A stretch of 64,000 nucleotides of DNA. Source: Desulfomicrobium sp. Lineage in GTDB: Bacteria; Desulfobacterota; Desulfovibrionia; Desulfovibrionales; Desulfomicrobiaceae. Each line of letters starts with the position of its first letter. Positions within the stretch are counted from its first letter, which is position 1. The translations under genes were made by a program, and so were the position numbers. A model generated the notes under the pieces. That model made no database searches. It had not been told where the DNA came from and was given only the letters and a program-made list of their open reading frames with translations. Positions 43,288 through 53,437 of this stretch are shown piece after piece. The DNA is taken from the NCBI GenBank assembly GCA_040768745.1, contig JAXGMI010000001.1:1088001-1152000 (forward strand), given 5' to 3'.

Positions 43288-46200
43288 ATGCACGAATTAC
43301 GAGACAGCCTGCTGGACATGGTCGGCTTCCTCCCCTCGTCGACCAGTTTCCCCTGCGCCTGGGCAGGGCACCTGCCGTTCGCGGCCTGGGCCATGCGCAG
43401 GCTGGCCCCCCAAGTTTTCGTGGAGCTCGGAACCCATTCCGGGAACTCCTATTTCGCCTTCTGTCAGGCCGTCCTGCAGGGCGGCCTGGCCACCCGCTGC
43501 CATGCCGTGGACACCTGGCAGGGGGACGAGCACGCCGGCAGCTACGCGGGCGAGGTCTATGCGCAGGTCCTGGCCCACAACCAGGACCTGTACGGGGCCT
43601 TCTCGCGCCTGCACCGCACCACCTTCGACGAGGCGGTCCGGGATTTCCCCGCCAATTCCATTGACCTGCTGCACATCGACGGGCTGCACACCTACGAGGC
43701 CGTCGGCCACGACTACCAGACATGGCTGCCCAAGCTCGCGCCGGGCGCTGTGGTGCTGTTCCACGACACCACCGTGCGCGAGCGGGAATTCGGGGTCTGG
43801 AAGCTCTGGGAGGAACTGCGCGCGGTCCATCCCCACCACCTGGAATTCTCCCATTCCCACGGGCTGGGCGTGCTGCAGGTCGGCCTGGGCCCGGCCGGAC
43901 CCATTGCCTGGCTCGTCCCCGGTTCCCCGGAGCAGCGGCTGGTCCGCGCATTTTTCGAAGACCTGGGGCAGCTGCACCTGGACCGCTGCGAACTGGGCTG
44001 CCGGACGGCGGACCTGCGCCAGGCCCAGGCGCGCGTGACGGACCTGGCCACGCGCCTGGCCCAGGGCCAGGAATGGATCACCCACCTGGAGCAGGTCATC
44101 GTTGCCCGCGATGCGCGGATCGAGGAAATTTACGCCTCCAGGTCCTGGAGATGGACCAGGCCCCTGCGGGAGGCCAGCGAACTGGCCCGCACCGTGCGCG
44201 GGGCCCTGCGCGGCGACGGGGCCGCCCCCGCAGGAGGACACGCCGGGCTGGCCGCGGGCATGGTCCGCGCGGTCCGCGCCCTGCAGGCGGTCCCCCAGCA
44301 CCTGCCCGGCCCGATCCGCTTTCTGCCCATCCGCATCGTCAAGGTCGGCAGGCTGGTCCTGGCCCTGCCCCGCATCCTGCGCAAGGGGGGCGGGTTCGGC
44401 CCCACCGTGCAGAAGGCCGTGAAAATCCTGCGCACCGAAGGTCTGGTGGGCATCAAGGCCCGCCTGCGCAAGGTCATCGCCCAGCCCGCGGTCCCGCTCA
44501 TCACCCCGGAACTGTGCGCGGATTGCGAAGCCAGACTGGGCATCGTCCCCCACTATATCGACCCGGACGCCGAGCGCTCGCCCGTCGCCCCGGACCCAAC
44601 CCCGTCCGTGGCCGTGCACGTGCACCTGTACTACACGGACATGCTCGGCGAGTTCACCTCCCGCCTGGCCGCCATGCCCTGCGCCTTCGATCTGTTCGTG
44701 TCCGTGCCGCAGCACGCCGACTGCGCCGGGCTGGGCACGGCCCTGCGCGAGGCCCTGCCCCGGGCCGGGCAGGTCGTCGTGGAGCCCGTGCCCAATCGCG
44801 GCCGGGATATTGCCCCGCTCATCGTCCAGTTCGGGGGGAGGATGGCCGGATACGACCTCATGGCCCACTTCCACTCCAAAAAAAGCCCCCACTGCGAAGG
44901 CCTGTCGGACTGGTGCGCCAGCCTCCTGGACGCGCTGCTGGGCCCCCCGGGCAACAACGGCGGGCGCATGGCCAGCATCATCGCCCTGCTCCAGGACCGG
45001 GCCAAGGTCGTCTATCCCGAGGGACAGACCCAGATCCTGAAGGACCGCACGGGCTGGGCCGCCAACAGGCATCTGGCCAAGGATCTGCTGGAAAAACACA
45101 CGGCCCTTTCCATCGACGACTTCCCGGCCGTCTCCTTTTCCGAGGGCAGCATGTTCTGGGCGCGTGCGCACTGCCTGCGGGACATGCTCCACCTCCCCCT
45201 GTCCTGGAACGATTTCCCGGCGGAGCCCATTCCCGCGGACGGCACCCTGGCCCATGCCCTGGAGCGCCTTCTGCTCATCTTCGCCAGCGCCTCGGAAGGG
45301 CAATGCCTGCGGCTGCACCAGGGGGATTCGATCCCGGACTACCGGCACTACGAGGAGCAGTGCGACTATTCGGCCGGCATCACGCACGGCGACGTCAGGA
45401 TCCTGTCCTACTACCTGCCCCAGTTCCATCCCATCCCGGAAAACGACGCCTGGCACGGCGAGGGTTTCACCGAATGGACCAAGGTCCGCGCGGCCAATCC
45501 CCTCTTCATCGGCCACTACCAGCAGCACATCCCCCATCCGGACATCGGGTACTACCTGCTCGAGACGGCCGACACCCTGCGCATGCAGGCCTCGCTCATG
45601 CGCAAGGCGGGCATCCACGGCCAGATTTTTTACCACTACTGGTTCTCGGGCCAGCTCATCCTCGAAAATCCGGCCCAGATGCTGCTGGAGGCCCAGGACA
45701 TCGACATGCCCTTCTGCTTCTGCTGGGCCAACGAGAACTGGACCCGCCGCTGGGACGGGAACGAGCAGGACATCCTGCTGCAGCAGGACTATTCAGCCGA
45801 AGACGCCCGCGCCTTCATCCGCTACCTGCTGCCCTTCTTCAGGGACCCCCGCCATATCCGCATCGACGACCGCCCCGTGCTGTTCGTCTACCGCCCGGTC
45901 TCCATGCCGGACCCCGGGCTGTACATCTCCATCTGGGCCGAGGAGTGCCGGTCCGCCGGGTTGAATCCGCCCTACGTGGTGGCGGTGCTGACCAGGGGGG
46001 CCACGGACCCCCGGGATTTCGGCATGGACGCCGGGGCGGAGCGGCCCCTGCACGACTGGACCGGAAACGCGGTGGGCGACATGAAGCACGAGCTGCGGCC
46101 CTATGGGACCCTGAAGGGGAGCGTTCTCCCCTATCCCGCGGTGGCGGACTTCTACAGGGCCCAGACCGGGGCAAAGGACTTCACCTGGTTCCGGTCCGTG

Positions 46201-47760
46201 GTGCCCATGTGGGACAACACCGCCCGCTACGGGGCGGAGGCCATTCTGCTGCACGGCAGCACGCCGCAGAAATTCCAGGACTGGACCGAGAGCGCCATCG
46301 CCCATGCCCGGGAACACCTCCCCGAGGACCGGCGCTTCATGGTCATCAACGCCTGGAACGAATGGGCCGAAGGAGCCCATCTGGAACCGGACTCCAGGCA
46401 CGGATACGCGTACCTGAACGCCATCGGCCGGGCCCTTTCCGGGATCCCCTACGCCGCGGCCCTGAACCCGGAGCCCGGCATCCCCGGGAACCTGCGCATC
46501 CGGCTGTCCCTGCCCGAACCTGTGCTTTCCCCCCTGCGCGCCGACCAGGAACTCCGCCGGCGCTTCGTGCACTGCCTGGCCCAGTCCACCCTGTTCGCCC
46601 GGTGCGCCGTGAGCGTGGACGCCCCGGAACTGGTGGACGAATTCCGGGCCAGGGTCCCCCTGGTCCAGGAGGACCGCGAGCCGGACTTCATCTTCCAGTG
46701 CCGCAGGCCCGCGTTCTTTGCCCCCGCCGTGCTGGAAAAGATGCTCAAGACGGCCCTGGACGCGCCCGGCTCCGTGGTCATTTCCAATGCCTACGACCGC
46801 TTCGCCCCGCTGATCCAGGCCACGGGCAACGGTTCCGTGGAGTCCTGGGTGGCCTTCGACGCCCCGGTCATCCTCTTTCCGGTGAAGACGCCCCACGGCT
46901 ACAGGAACTACAGGGTCCGCCCCGACGCCTGCAGCTTCGGGACCCAGCCGTGCGTGCTGGCCAGGGGGAAATTGCCGCAGGTGACCACCATCATCCGCTA
47001 CCACGAAGGGGCGAGCATGGATCGCCTGGCCAGCGCCCTGTACTGCCTGGCGGCCATGGAGGGCTGCGCGGTCACCCCCCTGGTCGCGGCCCAGGACCTG
47101 TCCGCGGAAAGGACCGAGGCATTGGAGCGGACCCTGCGGGACGTGCCCTGGGCGTCGGGGGCCAACCCGCGCGTCATCCACTACAGGTCCCCGCATGGCG
47201 CTGGCGACCTGCGCTCCCGCATGCTCACCGAGTCCCTGCGCCAGGTGGAAACGCGCTACGCGGGGTTTCTGGACTATGACGACCTGCTCATGTCCCATGC
47301 CTATGGGTGGCTGCTGGACAGGCTGCAGCGAACGGGGAAGGCCGTGTCCTTCGGCCGGGTGTACTCCACGGCCCTGGACGACCGCACCGGGATGTTCCAG
47401 GGCCGGACCAACGAATTCGTCCACGGCCGGACCCACGAGGAATTCCTGTGCGTGAACCATGCCCCCCTGCACAGCTTCCTGCTGGACCTGAGCCAGCTGG
47501 ATGTGCAGGCCCTGGTCTTCCATGACGACCAGCGGTACCTGGAGGACTACTATCTGACCCTGCAGCTTTTCACGGCGGAGAACACCGACTGGGCCAGCCT
47601 GGCCGAGGAGATGTTCATCGGCGACTACATCCACGGCACCAGCCGGTCCAACACGCTGGCCATGCTGGACGAGGACGAGCGCCTGTCCATCCGGGCCACG
47701 CCGGAGTACGTCAGGTGCGAAGAGCGGGTGGAGGCGTTGCGCAGGTCCCGTTCCCGCTGA
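43288..47760 (+). CDS. 1490-aa multidomain glycan synthase: methyltransferase, coiled coil, RgpF-like, WbsX/GH99-like and GT2-like domains
   Basis: VELGTHSGNSY/IDLLHIDGLHTYE; IYASRSWRWTRPLR; VHVHLYY..NRGRDI..HSKKSPH..DGTLAHALER; YYLPQFHPIPEND.W.GEGFTEW..CWANENW..NAWNEWAEG; FLDYDD..LEDY. Confidence 0.85.
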   Translation: MHELRDSLLDMVGFLPSSTSFPCAWAGHLPFAAWAMRRLAPQVFVELGTHSGNSYFAFCQAVLQGGLATRCHAVDTWQGDEHAGSYAGEVYAQVLAHNQDLYGAFSRLHRTTFDEAVRDFPANSIDLLHIDGLHTYEAVGHDYQTWLPKLAPGAVVLFHDTTVREREFGVWKLWEELRAVHPHHLEFSHSHGLGVLQVGLGPAGPIAWLVPGSPEQRLVRAFFEDLGQLHLDRCELGCRTADLRQAQARVTDLATRLAQGQEWITHLEQVIVARDARIEEIYASRSWRWTRPLREASELARTVRGALRGDGAAPAGGHAGLAAGMVRAVRALQAVPQHLPGPIRFLPIRIVKVGRLVLALPRILRKGGGFGPTVQKAVKILRTEGLVGIKARLRKVIAQPAVPLITPELCADCEARLGIVPHYIDPDAERSPVAPDPTPSVAVHVHLYYTDMLGEFTSRLAAMPCAFDLFVSVPQHADCAGLGTALREALPRAGQVVVEPVPNRGRDIAPLIVQFGGRMAGYDLMAHFHSKKSPHCEGLSDWCASLLDALLGPPGNNGGRMASIIALLQDRAKVVYPEGQTQILKDRTGWAANRHLAKDLLEKHTALSIDDFPAVSFSEGSMFWARAHCLRDMLHLPLSWNDFPAEPIPADGTLAHALERLLLIFASASEGQCLRLHQGDSIPDYRHYEEQCDYSAGITHGDVRILSYYLPQFHPIPENDAWHGEGFTEWTKVRAANPLFIGHYQQHIPHPDIGYYLLETADTLRMQASLMRKAGIHGQIFYHYWFSGQLILENPAQMLLEAQDIDMPFCFCWANENWTRRWDGNEQDILLQQDYSAEDARAFIRYLLPFFRDPRHIRIDDRPVLFVYRPVSMPDPGLYISIWAEECRSAGLNPPYVVAVLTRGATDPRDFGMDAGAERPLHDWTGNAVGDMKHELRPYGTLKGSVLPYPAVADFYRAQTGAKDFTWFRSVVPMWDNTARYGAEAILLHGSTPQKFQDWTESAIAHAREHLPEDRRFMVINAWNEWAEGAHLEPDSRHGYAYLNAIGRALSGIPYAAALNPEPGIPGNLRIRLSLPEPVLSPLRADQELRRRFVHCLAQSTLFARCAVSVDAPELVDEFRARVPLVQEDREPDFIFQCRRPAFFAPAVLEKMLKTALDAPGSVVISNAYDRFAPLIQATGNGSVESWVAFDAPVILFPVKTPHGYRNYRVRPDACSFGTQPCVLARGKLPQVTTIIRYHEGASMDRLASALYCLAAMEGCAVTPLVAAQDLSAERTEALERTLRDVPWASGANPRVIHYRSPHGAGDLRSRMLTESLRQVETRYAGFLDYDDLLMSHAYGWLLDRLQRTGKAVSFGRVYSTALDDRTGMFQGRTNEFVHGRTHEEFLCVNHAPLHSFLLDLSQLDVQALVFHDDQRYLEDYYLTLQLFTAENTDWASLAEEMFIGDYIHGTSRSNTLAMLDEDERLSIRATPEYVRCEERVEALRRSRSR

Positions 47761-47879
47761 GGGCGCCGGGCCCCGGGATTTTCAGGATCCGCCCGCTTCC
47801 CTGGGAGGCGGGCACCCTTTCAAAAAGAAAAAGACGGACAGGCGGCGCGGCGACGCCCAGGGTCCGCGGAGAGCGAGCG

Positions 47880-48446
47880 GTGCGATTCATCAAGACCGAG
47901 ATTCCGGACGTGATCATCATCGAGCCCCGTGTTTTTGGCGACGAGCGGGGCTTTTTCATGGAAACCTGGCAGCGCAGGGTTTTTGCGGAGAACGGCATCG
48001 ATGCCGATTTCGTGCAGGACAACCACAGCATGTCCGGTCAGGGCATTCTGCGCGGCCTGCACTACCAGATCAGACAGCCGCAGGGCAAACTGGTGCGGAC
48101 CATCGCCGGGGAGGTGTTCGACGTGGCCGTGGATCTCCGCCGGAATTCCCCGTGGTTCGGGAAATGGGTGGGGGTGGCCCTTTCGGCCCGGAACAGGCGC
48201 ATGCTCTGGGTGCCGCCGGGTTTTGCCCACGGGTTTTATGTGGTCAGCGACCAGGCGGAGTTCGTGTACAAATGCACGGACTTCTACGCCCCGGAGCATG
48301 AGCGCTGCATCATCTGGAACGATGGGGACCTGAACATCTCCTGGCCGCTGCAGGGGGAACCCGTGCTGTCGGACAAGGACAGGCTGGGCGTGCCCCTGCG
48401 CCAGGCGGAATGCTTCGTGGGCCCGGCGACACCGGTGGCGGGATAG
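47880..48446 (+). CDS. rmlC: dTDP-4-dehydrorhamnose 3,5-epimerase
   Basis: VFGDERGFFME, FVQDNHS, LRGLHYQ, DVAVDLR, VPPGFAHGF, LSDKD. Confidence 0.95.
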   Translation: MRFIKTEIPDVIIIEPRVFGDERGFFMETWQRRVFAENGIDADFVQDNHSMSGQGILRGLHYQIRQPQGKLVRTIAGEVFDVAVDLRRNSPWFGKWVGVALSARNRRMLWVPPGFAHGFYVVSDQAEFVYKCTDFYAPEHERCIIWNDGDLNISWPLQGEPVLSDKDRLGVPLRQAECFVGPATPVAG

Positions 48447-48488
48447 GCGCGGGGGTGTCCCCCGCACGGGGCCCGGACAGGAAACAAT

Positions 48489-49382
48489 ATGTCGATGCGG
48501 ACAGGGTTTGTCGTGCTGAATTACGGCCCTGCGGACATGGCCCTGCGGGCCTGCCGGTCCATTGCCGAGCGCGCCGGGGGCGCGAGCCTGGTCCTGGTGG
48601 ACAATTTTTCCACCGCGGAGAACAGGCGCCAGGCCAGGCAGGGGCTGGCCGACCTGGAACGGGAGGCAGGGGGAGGGATTTTCTTTCTCGGATTGCCGGA
48701 CAACCCCGGATATGGTTCCGGCATGAACGCCGGGTTGCGTTTCCTCTTTGCCCGGCTGCCCCTGGACCTGGTTTTTGCGGTGAACAGCGACATCGAGCTG
48801 CGCCAATTCGATCCTGGATGCGGAAAAAACATCGAGACACAGGAATCCCTGTACTGCGTGACTCTGCGGGAAGGGGGCAGGACGCGGATCGGAGCGAGCC
48901 GGTTCGTGCCCTGGTGCTTTGTGCGGCGCCCGGTGGACGACCCGCGGGGGCTGGACCGCGGCCCGGTCTATGCAGAGGGCTCTTTTTGGGGCATGACCAG
49001 AACACTGTTCGAGCGCACGGGGGGCTTTGCCGAGGACTATTTCCTGTACTTCGAGGAGCTCGATTTCGTGTACAGGTACAGATCCCTGGGCGGGCGTTTC
49101 CCGAAAATCGTGCATCTGCCCGGCATCGTCGCCGAACACCATCACGGTGGATCCACGGGCATGGCCCCGGGCAGCGGCCGCTCCTCCCTGGCCGAATACT
49201 GGTCGGCACGGTCGCGGGTTGTCTTTGCCCGGAGGTGGACCGGGCCGTTCCTGTGCGCAGCGATGATGTACAACGCGGTGCTGGCCCTGCGCGACCTGGC
49301 CTGGGGCCGCAGGGATCTGGCCCGGGCCGTGTGGGATGGATCGCGGGACGCGCTGCGCGGGGCGGGCGGCGTGGCCCGGTGA
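48489..49382 (+). CDS. GT2 glycosyltransferase (rhamnosyltransferase-like)
   Basis: VVLNY, LVDNFS, NPGYGSGMN, NSD, GGFAEDYFLYFEELD. Confidence 0.85.
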   Translation: MSMRTGFVVLNYGPADMALRACRSIAERAGGASLVLVDNFSTAENRRQARQGLADLEREAGGGIFFLGLPDNPGYGSGMNAGLRFLFARLPLDLVFAVNSDIELRQFDPGCGKNIETQESLYCVTLREGGRTRIGASRFVPWCFVRRPVDDPRGLDRGPVYAEGSFWGMTRTLFERTGGFAEDYFLYFEELDFVYRYRSLGGRFPKIVHLPGIVAEHHHGGSTGMAPGSGRSSLAEYWSARSRVVFARRWTGPFLCAAMMYNAVLALRDLAWGRRDLARAVWDGSRDALRGAGGVAR

Positions 49383-49550
49383 GCAGGCTGGTCCGGCCGG
49401 TGGGGGGCGCCTCTTTTTGTCCGGGCATGCTCCTCGCCTCCCCCGCACAGGACAAAAAAGCGCTCCCGGACGCATGGTTCGCGCCCATGGAATGGCCGGG
49501 TGGACCAGAAACCGGGCCGTGGAAATCTTGAGTCGCCCCGTGAGGTCGCG

Positions 49551-50693
49551 TTGAAAGTCGCCATTGTTCATTACTGGCTTGTGGCCCAGCGGGGCGGGGA
49601 AAACGTGGTTCGCGAGCTGCTCCGGCTTTTCCCCCGGGCAGACCTCTACACCCATGTCCTGGACCGCAAGGCGCTGCCCCCCGATCTGGCCGCAAGGGGC
49701 ATCTCCACCACCTTCATCGACAGGCTGCCCCGTGCCCGCAGGTGGTACAAGCACTACCTCCCACTCATGCCCCTGGCCCTGGAGCAGCTCGACCTGCGCG
49801 GCTACGATCTGGTCCTGTCCAGCGAATCCGGCCCGGCCAAAGGGGTGCTCACGGCCCCGGAAACGCTGCACGTCTGCTATTGTCACACCCCCATGCGCTA
49901 CGTGTGGGACATGCATCTCGACTACATGGGGCAGGCCGGCCGGATCAAAAGGTGTTTCATGGCCCCCCTGCTCCACTACCTGCGGATGTGGGACCGGCTG
50001 AGCGCCGACCGGGTCGATTGTTTCGTGGCCAATTCGCGCAACGTGGCCAGGCGGGTGCTGAAGCACTACCGCCGCGAGTCGGCCGTCATTTTCCCGCCCG
50101 TGGACGTTGACGGATTTTCCATTTCCCCGCAGCGCGGCGATTTTTATCTCATGGTCGGCCAGCTCGTGGCCTACAAGCGCATGGACCTCGCGGTGCGCGC
50201 CTTCAGCCGGAGCGGGAAGCGCCTGGTGGTCATCGGGGACGGCGAACAGATGAAGGCCTTGCGCAGGATGGCCGGGCCCAATGTCGAACTTCTGGGCTGG
50301 CAGCCCGCCGAGGTGCTGCGGGACCGCTATGCGCGGTGCCGGGCCCTGGTCTTTCCGGGCGAGGAGGACTTCGGGATCGTGCCAGTGGAAGCCATGGCCT
50401 CGGGCCGTCCGGTCATCGCCTATGGGCGGGGCGGGGCCCTGGAGACGGTCGTGCAAGGGCGCACCGGGGTTTTTTTTCACGAACAGACAGAGGAGGCCGT
50501 GCTCGCGGCCGTGGCAGAATTCGAGGAGATGGAGAACCGGTTTTCGCCCGAGGCCATCCGGGCCCACGCCCTGGGTTTTTGTCCCGAACGGTTCCGGTCG
50601 GAGATGGCCGGGTTCATCGAGTCCCGTTTCGAGGAGCATTCCCGCGCAATGAAAGAACGCCGCCTTCCGGAGGGGAGGCAGGAAGGGAAGTAG
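49551..50693 (+). CDS. GT4 glycosyltransferase (WbaZ-like mannosyltransferase)
   Basis: KVAIVHYWLV..RGGE, YCHTPMRYVWD, EEDFGIVPVEAMASGRPVIA. Confidence 0.88.
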   Translation: MKVAIVHYWLVAQRGGENVVRELLRLFPRADLYTHVLDRKALPPDLAARGISTTFIDRLPRARRWYKHYLPLMPLALEQLDLRGYDLVLSSESGPAKGVLTAPETLHVCYCHTPMRYVWDMHLDYMGQAGRIKRCFMAPLLHYLRMWDRLSADRVDCFVANSRNVARRVLKHYRRESAVIFPPVDVDGFSISPQRGDFYLMVGQLVAYKRMDLAVRAFSRSGKRLVVIGDGEQMKALRRMAGPNVELLGWQPAEVLRDRYARCRALVFPGEEDFGIVPVEAMASGRPVIAYGRGGALETVVQGRTGVFFHEQTEEAVLAAVAEFEEMENRFSPEAIRAHALGFCPERFRSEMAGFIESRFEEHSRAMKERRLPEGRQEGK

Positions 50694-50698
50694 CCGCC

Positions 50699-52132
50699 AT
50701 GGACCGCAAAAACGTCAAAGGGAGCAGTTCAGGCCGATTTGCCGGCCTGCGCATGTCTGTGTTGTTCCTGCTCGCGGATCTGTCCGCCCTTTTCCTGGTC
50801 TGGAGCGCCAGTGTCTGGTTGCGGCACGTGCTTGACGGCCAGTTCCCCTACGGCCTCTACTGGAACCTCGCACCGTGCCTGGCCCTTTTTCTGGTCTCCA
50901 ACGCCCTGGTGGGCCTGTATCCGGGAATTCTGCTCAGCCCGCCCGAGGAGCTGAAAAAACTGATCCAGTCCACCTCGGTCATTTTCCTGGCCCTCTCGGG
51001 CGTGGTGTTTTTGTCCAAGCAGGGCCCCCTCTATTCGCGGGCCATTTTTGTCATGGCCTGGATCGGAGCGCTCATCGCCCTGCCCGTGGCCCGGGCCGTG
51101 GCCCGGCGCATGGCCTACAGCTGGAGCTGGTGGGGGCATCCCGCGTTCATTTTCGGGGCAGGGCAGACGGGACTGGCCGTGGCCAGGGTTCTGGGCCAGG
51201 TCCGGCGCCTGGGCCTGCGTCCGGTGGCCTTCTTTGACGACGATCCGCAGAAAATCGGCACCCAGGTCAACGGCGTGCCGGTGGTGGGGCCTCTGCAGGA
51301 GGCCGGCAACCTGGCCAGCGAGTATGGTGACGCGGCCGCCATCGTGGCCATGCCGGGGATCGGTCCGGCCCGGCTGGTGGAGGTGCTCGAAGGTCCGGCG
51401 TCCGGGTTCCGGCGGCTGATCCTCATCCCGGATCTGTTCGGGGCATCCTCTCTGTGGATCTCGGCCTTCGATTTTGGAGGGATTCTGGGCCTGGAGGTCC
51501 ACCAGAAACTCCTGGATCCCCGCAGACAGTGGATCAAGCGGTGCATGGAGCTGGCGCTCATCCTGGCCTTCTCGCCGGCGATCCTGCTCCTGGGCCTGGG
51601 GATCGCCTGCTGGATCAAGCGGGATTCCCCAGGTCCGGTATTTTTCAGCCAGAAGCGCATCGGCCGCGGGGGGGAGGATATCGTCATCTGGAAATTCAGA
51701 ACCATGGTGACGGATGCGGAGGTGGTCCTGGAGGATTACCTGGCCACGGATCCTGACTTGCGCGCAGAATGGGAGGAAAGCCACAAGCTGGCCTGTGACC
51801 CCCGCATCACCCGCGTGGGCCGGATGTTGCGCAAGACCAGCCTGGACGAGTTGCCGCAGCTGTGGAACGTGGTGCGCGGGGATCTCAGCCTGGTCGGCCC
51901 GCGGCCCATTGTCTGGGACGAGGTGGAAAAGTACAGGGAAGGGTTTTCCCTCTACAAGAAGGTCAAACCGGGCGTGACCGGATTGTGGCAGATTTCCGGG
52001 CGCAGCGAGACCACCTATGCCGAACGGGTCCGGCTCGATGCATATTATGTGCGCAACTGGTCGGTCTGGTTCGATATCTATATTCTGCTCAAGACCCCGG
52101 CCGAGGTCCTGCTGGGGCGGGGTGCGTGCTGA
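50699..52132 (+). CDS. wbaP: WbaP-type undecaprenyl-phosphate hexose-1-phosphate transferase
   Basis: N-terminal TM helices; [46 protein letters not shown]. Confidence 0.88.
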   Translation: MDRKNVKGSSSGRFAGLRMSVLFLLADLSALFLVWSASVWLRHVLDGQFPYGLYWNLAPCLALFLVSNALVGLYPGILLSPPEELKKLIQSTSVIFLALSGVVFLSKQGPLYSRAIFVMAWIGALIALPVARAVARRMAYSWSWWGHPAFIFGAGQTGLAVARVLGQVRRLGLRPVAFFDDDPQKIGTQVNGVPVVGPLQEAGNLASEYGDAAAIVAMPGIGPARLVEVLEGPASGFRRLILIPDLFGASSLWISAFDFGGILGLEVHQKLLDPRRQWIKRCMELALILAFSPAILLLGLGIACWIKRDSPGPVFFSQKRIGRGGEDIVIWKFRTMVTDAEVVLEDYLATDPDLRAEWEESHKLACDPRITRVGRMLRKTSLDELPQLWNVVRGDLSLVGPRPIVWDEVEKYREGFSLYKKVKPGVTGLWQISGRSETTYAERVRLDAYYVRNWSVWFDIYILLKTPAEVLLGRGAC

Positions 52133-52178
52133 GACAGCGCGGGTTGTGCAGGCCGCGGCAGCGGGGCGGGTCTGTTCG

Positions 52179-53408
52179 CTATATCCCGGCCTGCGCGGCC
52201 TGACGGGTGGCCTGCAGCATGTCCCATCCTTCCAGGAGGCCCAGGGCCAGGAAGAAGAAGGCCGAATTCCAGCTCCGGTGGAACCCGTAAACGCCGATGC
52301 CGTTGACCAGAAAGGTGATGAGGACGAGCAGCGCAGGGAACGTTTCGGGCAGGAACTTCATCCCGGAGCGGATGCCGCGCACGATCAGGGCGCCGAAAAC
52401 AGCCAGCCCTGCCAGCCCTGTTTCGCAGAGGATGCCCAGCACCATCTGGTGGGCGTTCCAGAACACGTACTGGGACCTGATGGCGGGAAAGCGGCCGGCA
52501 TTCTCGGCCAAGGCGAGGTGGGCCGCCAGGGCGTCGTGAAAGCTGTCCACCCCGAATCCGACCAGAGGCGATTTGAGAAAGATCTCCCAGGCGGCCAGCC
52601 AGATGTCGTCCCGGCCATTGAGCAGATAGCCCATGTCGGGGGATGACAGGGTTGCCATGATCCGGTCCGTGGCGAAAATGGACCCGACGCCGATCAGCGC
52701 CGCTACCAGCAGCACCAGGGCCAGGGCCAGGGGCGATTTCCTGTTCTGGACCAGGGAGTACCAGGTGGCCGCGAAGATGGCCCCGAAAAGGCCGAAGACG
52801 GCCGCTCGGGACTGGGCGAGCCAGCACAGTACGGACAATGCCGAGGCGGCCAGAAAGAGGGGCAGGGCCATGCGCCCCAGCATGAACAGGGTGCCGATGC
52901 AGATGGCCGCGCCAGTGGCCAGGAGAAAGCCCAGCCTGTTGGCCGTGCCCATGAACAGGATGAGTTTGTTGTCCGCGGTGAACAGGTTTTCGACAGGCAG
53001 GCCAGATGCGGCGTTCCAGACGGCTGTGGCCAGCGCTGCGAGCAGGATGACCGCAGGGATGAGCAGAAGCAGAAGGATGGCCCTGCGTCCCCAGACCAGG
53101 GTCGCGGCCATGCCGAAAATGAGGCACATCAGCCAGTCGAAGGTTTTCAGCCCGTTGGCATCGTATGGGCCCAGCATCCACGCCACGCCCGCGATAAGGG
53201 GGAACAGCGCGGCGAATTTGAGGGACGCTGAAGCACAGATGGCCCGCGGCAATTCCCTGTGTGCCACGGCGTAGGCCGCGCAGGCCACGAGGAGAACCGT
53301 GCGCGTCAGGTTGACTTCCAGTTCGAGGGCCAGGCTGGCCAGGAAGAGGGCGTAGGCCACGAAAAGGCCGACCGGGGTGTATTGTTTCAGAAATGTCTGG
53401 CAGCGCAT
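52179..53408 (-). CDS. O-antigen ligase family protein (Wzy_C/WaaL)
   Basis: Multi-TM; QSRAA, GRDDIWLAAW...PLVGFG, NAHQ...ETGLAG. Confidence 0.85.
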   Translation of the reverse strand: MRCQTFLKQYTPVGLFVAYALFLASLALELEVNLTRTVLLVACAAYAVAHRELPRAICASASLKFAALFPLIAGVAWMLGPYDANGLKTFDWLMCLIFGMAATLVWGRRAILLLLLIPAVILLAALATAVWNAASGLPVENLFTADNKLILFMGTANRLGFLLATGAAICIGTLFMLGRMALPLFLAASALSVLCWLAQSRAAVFGLFGAIFAATWYSLVQNRKSPLALALVLLVAALIGVGSIFATDRIMATLSSPDMGYLLNGRDDIWLAAWEIFLKSPLVGFGVDSFHDALAAHLALAENAGRFPAIRSQYVFWNAHQMVLGILCETGLAGLAVFGALIVRGIRSGMKFLPETFPALLVLITFLVNGIGVYGFHRSWNSAFFFLALGLLEGWDMLQATRQAAQAGI

Positions 53409-53437
53409 GGCGGTGTCAAGGGGTGTTTGGGGGGAGC

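Noticed and set aside
52179..53408. Ligase as a protein O-oligosaccharyltransferase (PglL-type)
   Set aside because: At 409 aa it lacks an evident PglL C-terminal extension and sits among LPS core and msbA genes, so WaaL is more parsimonious; not fully excluded
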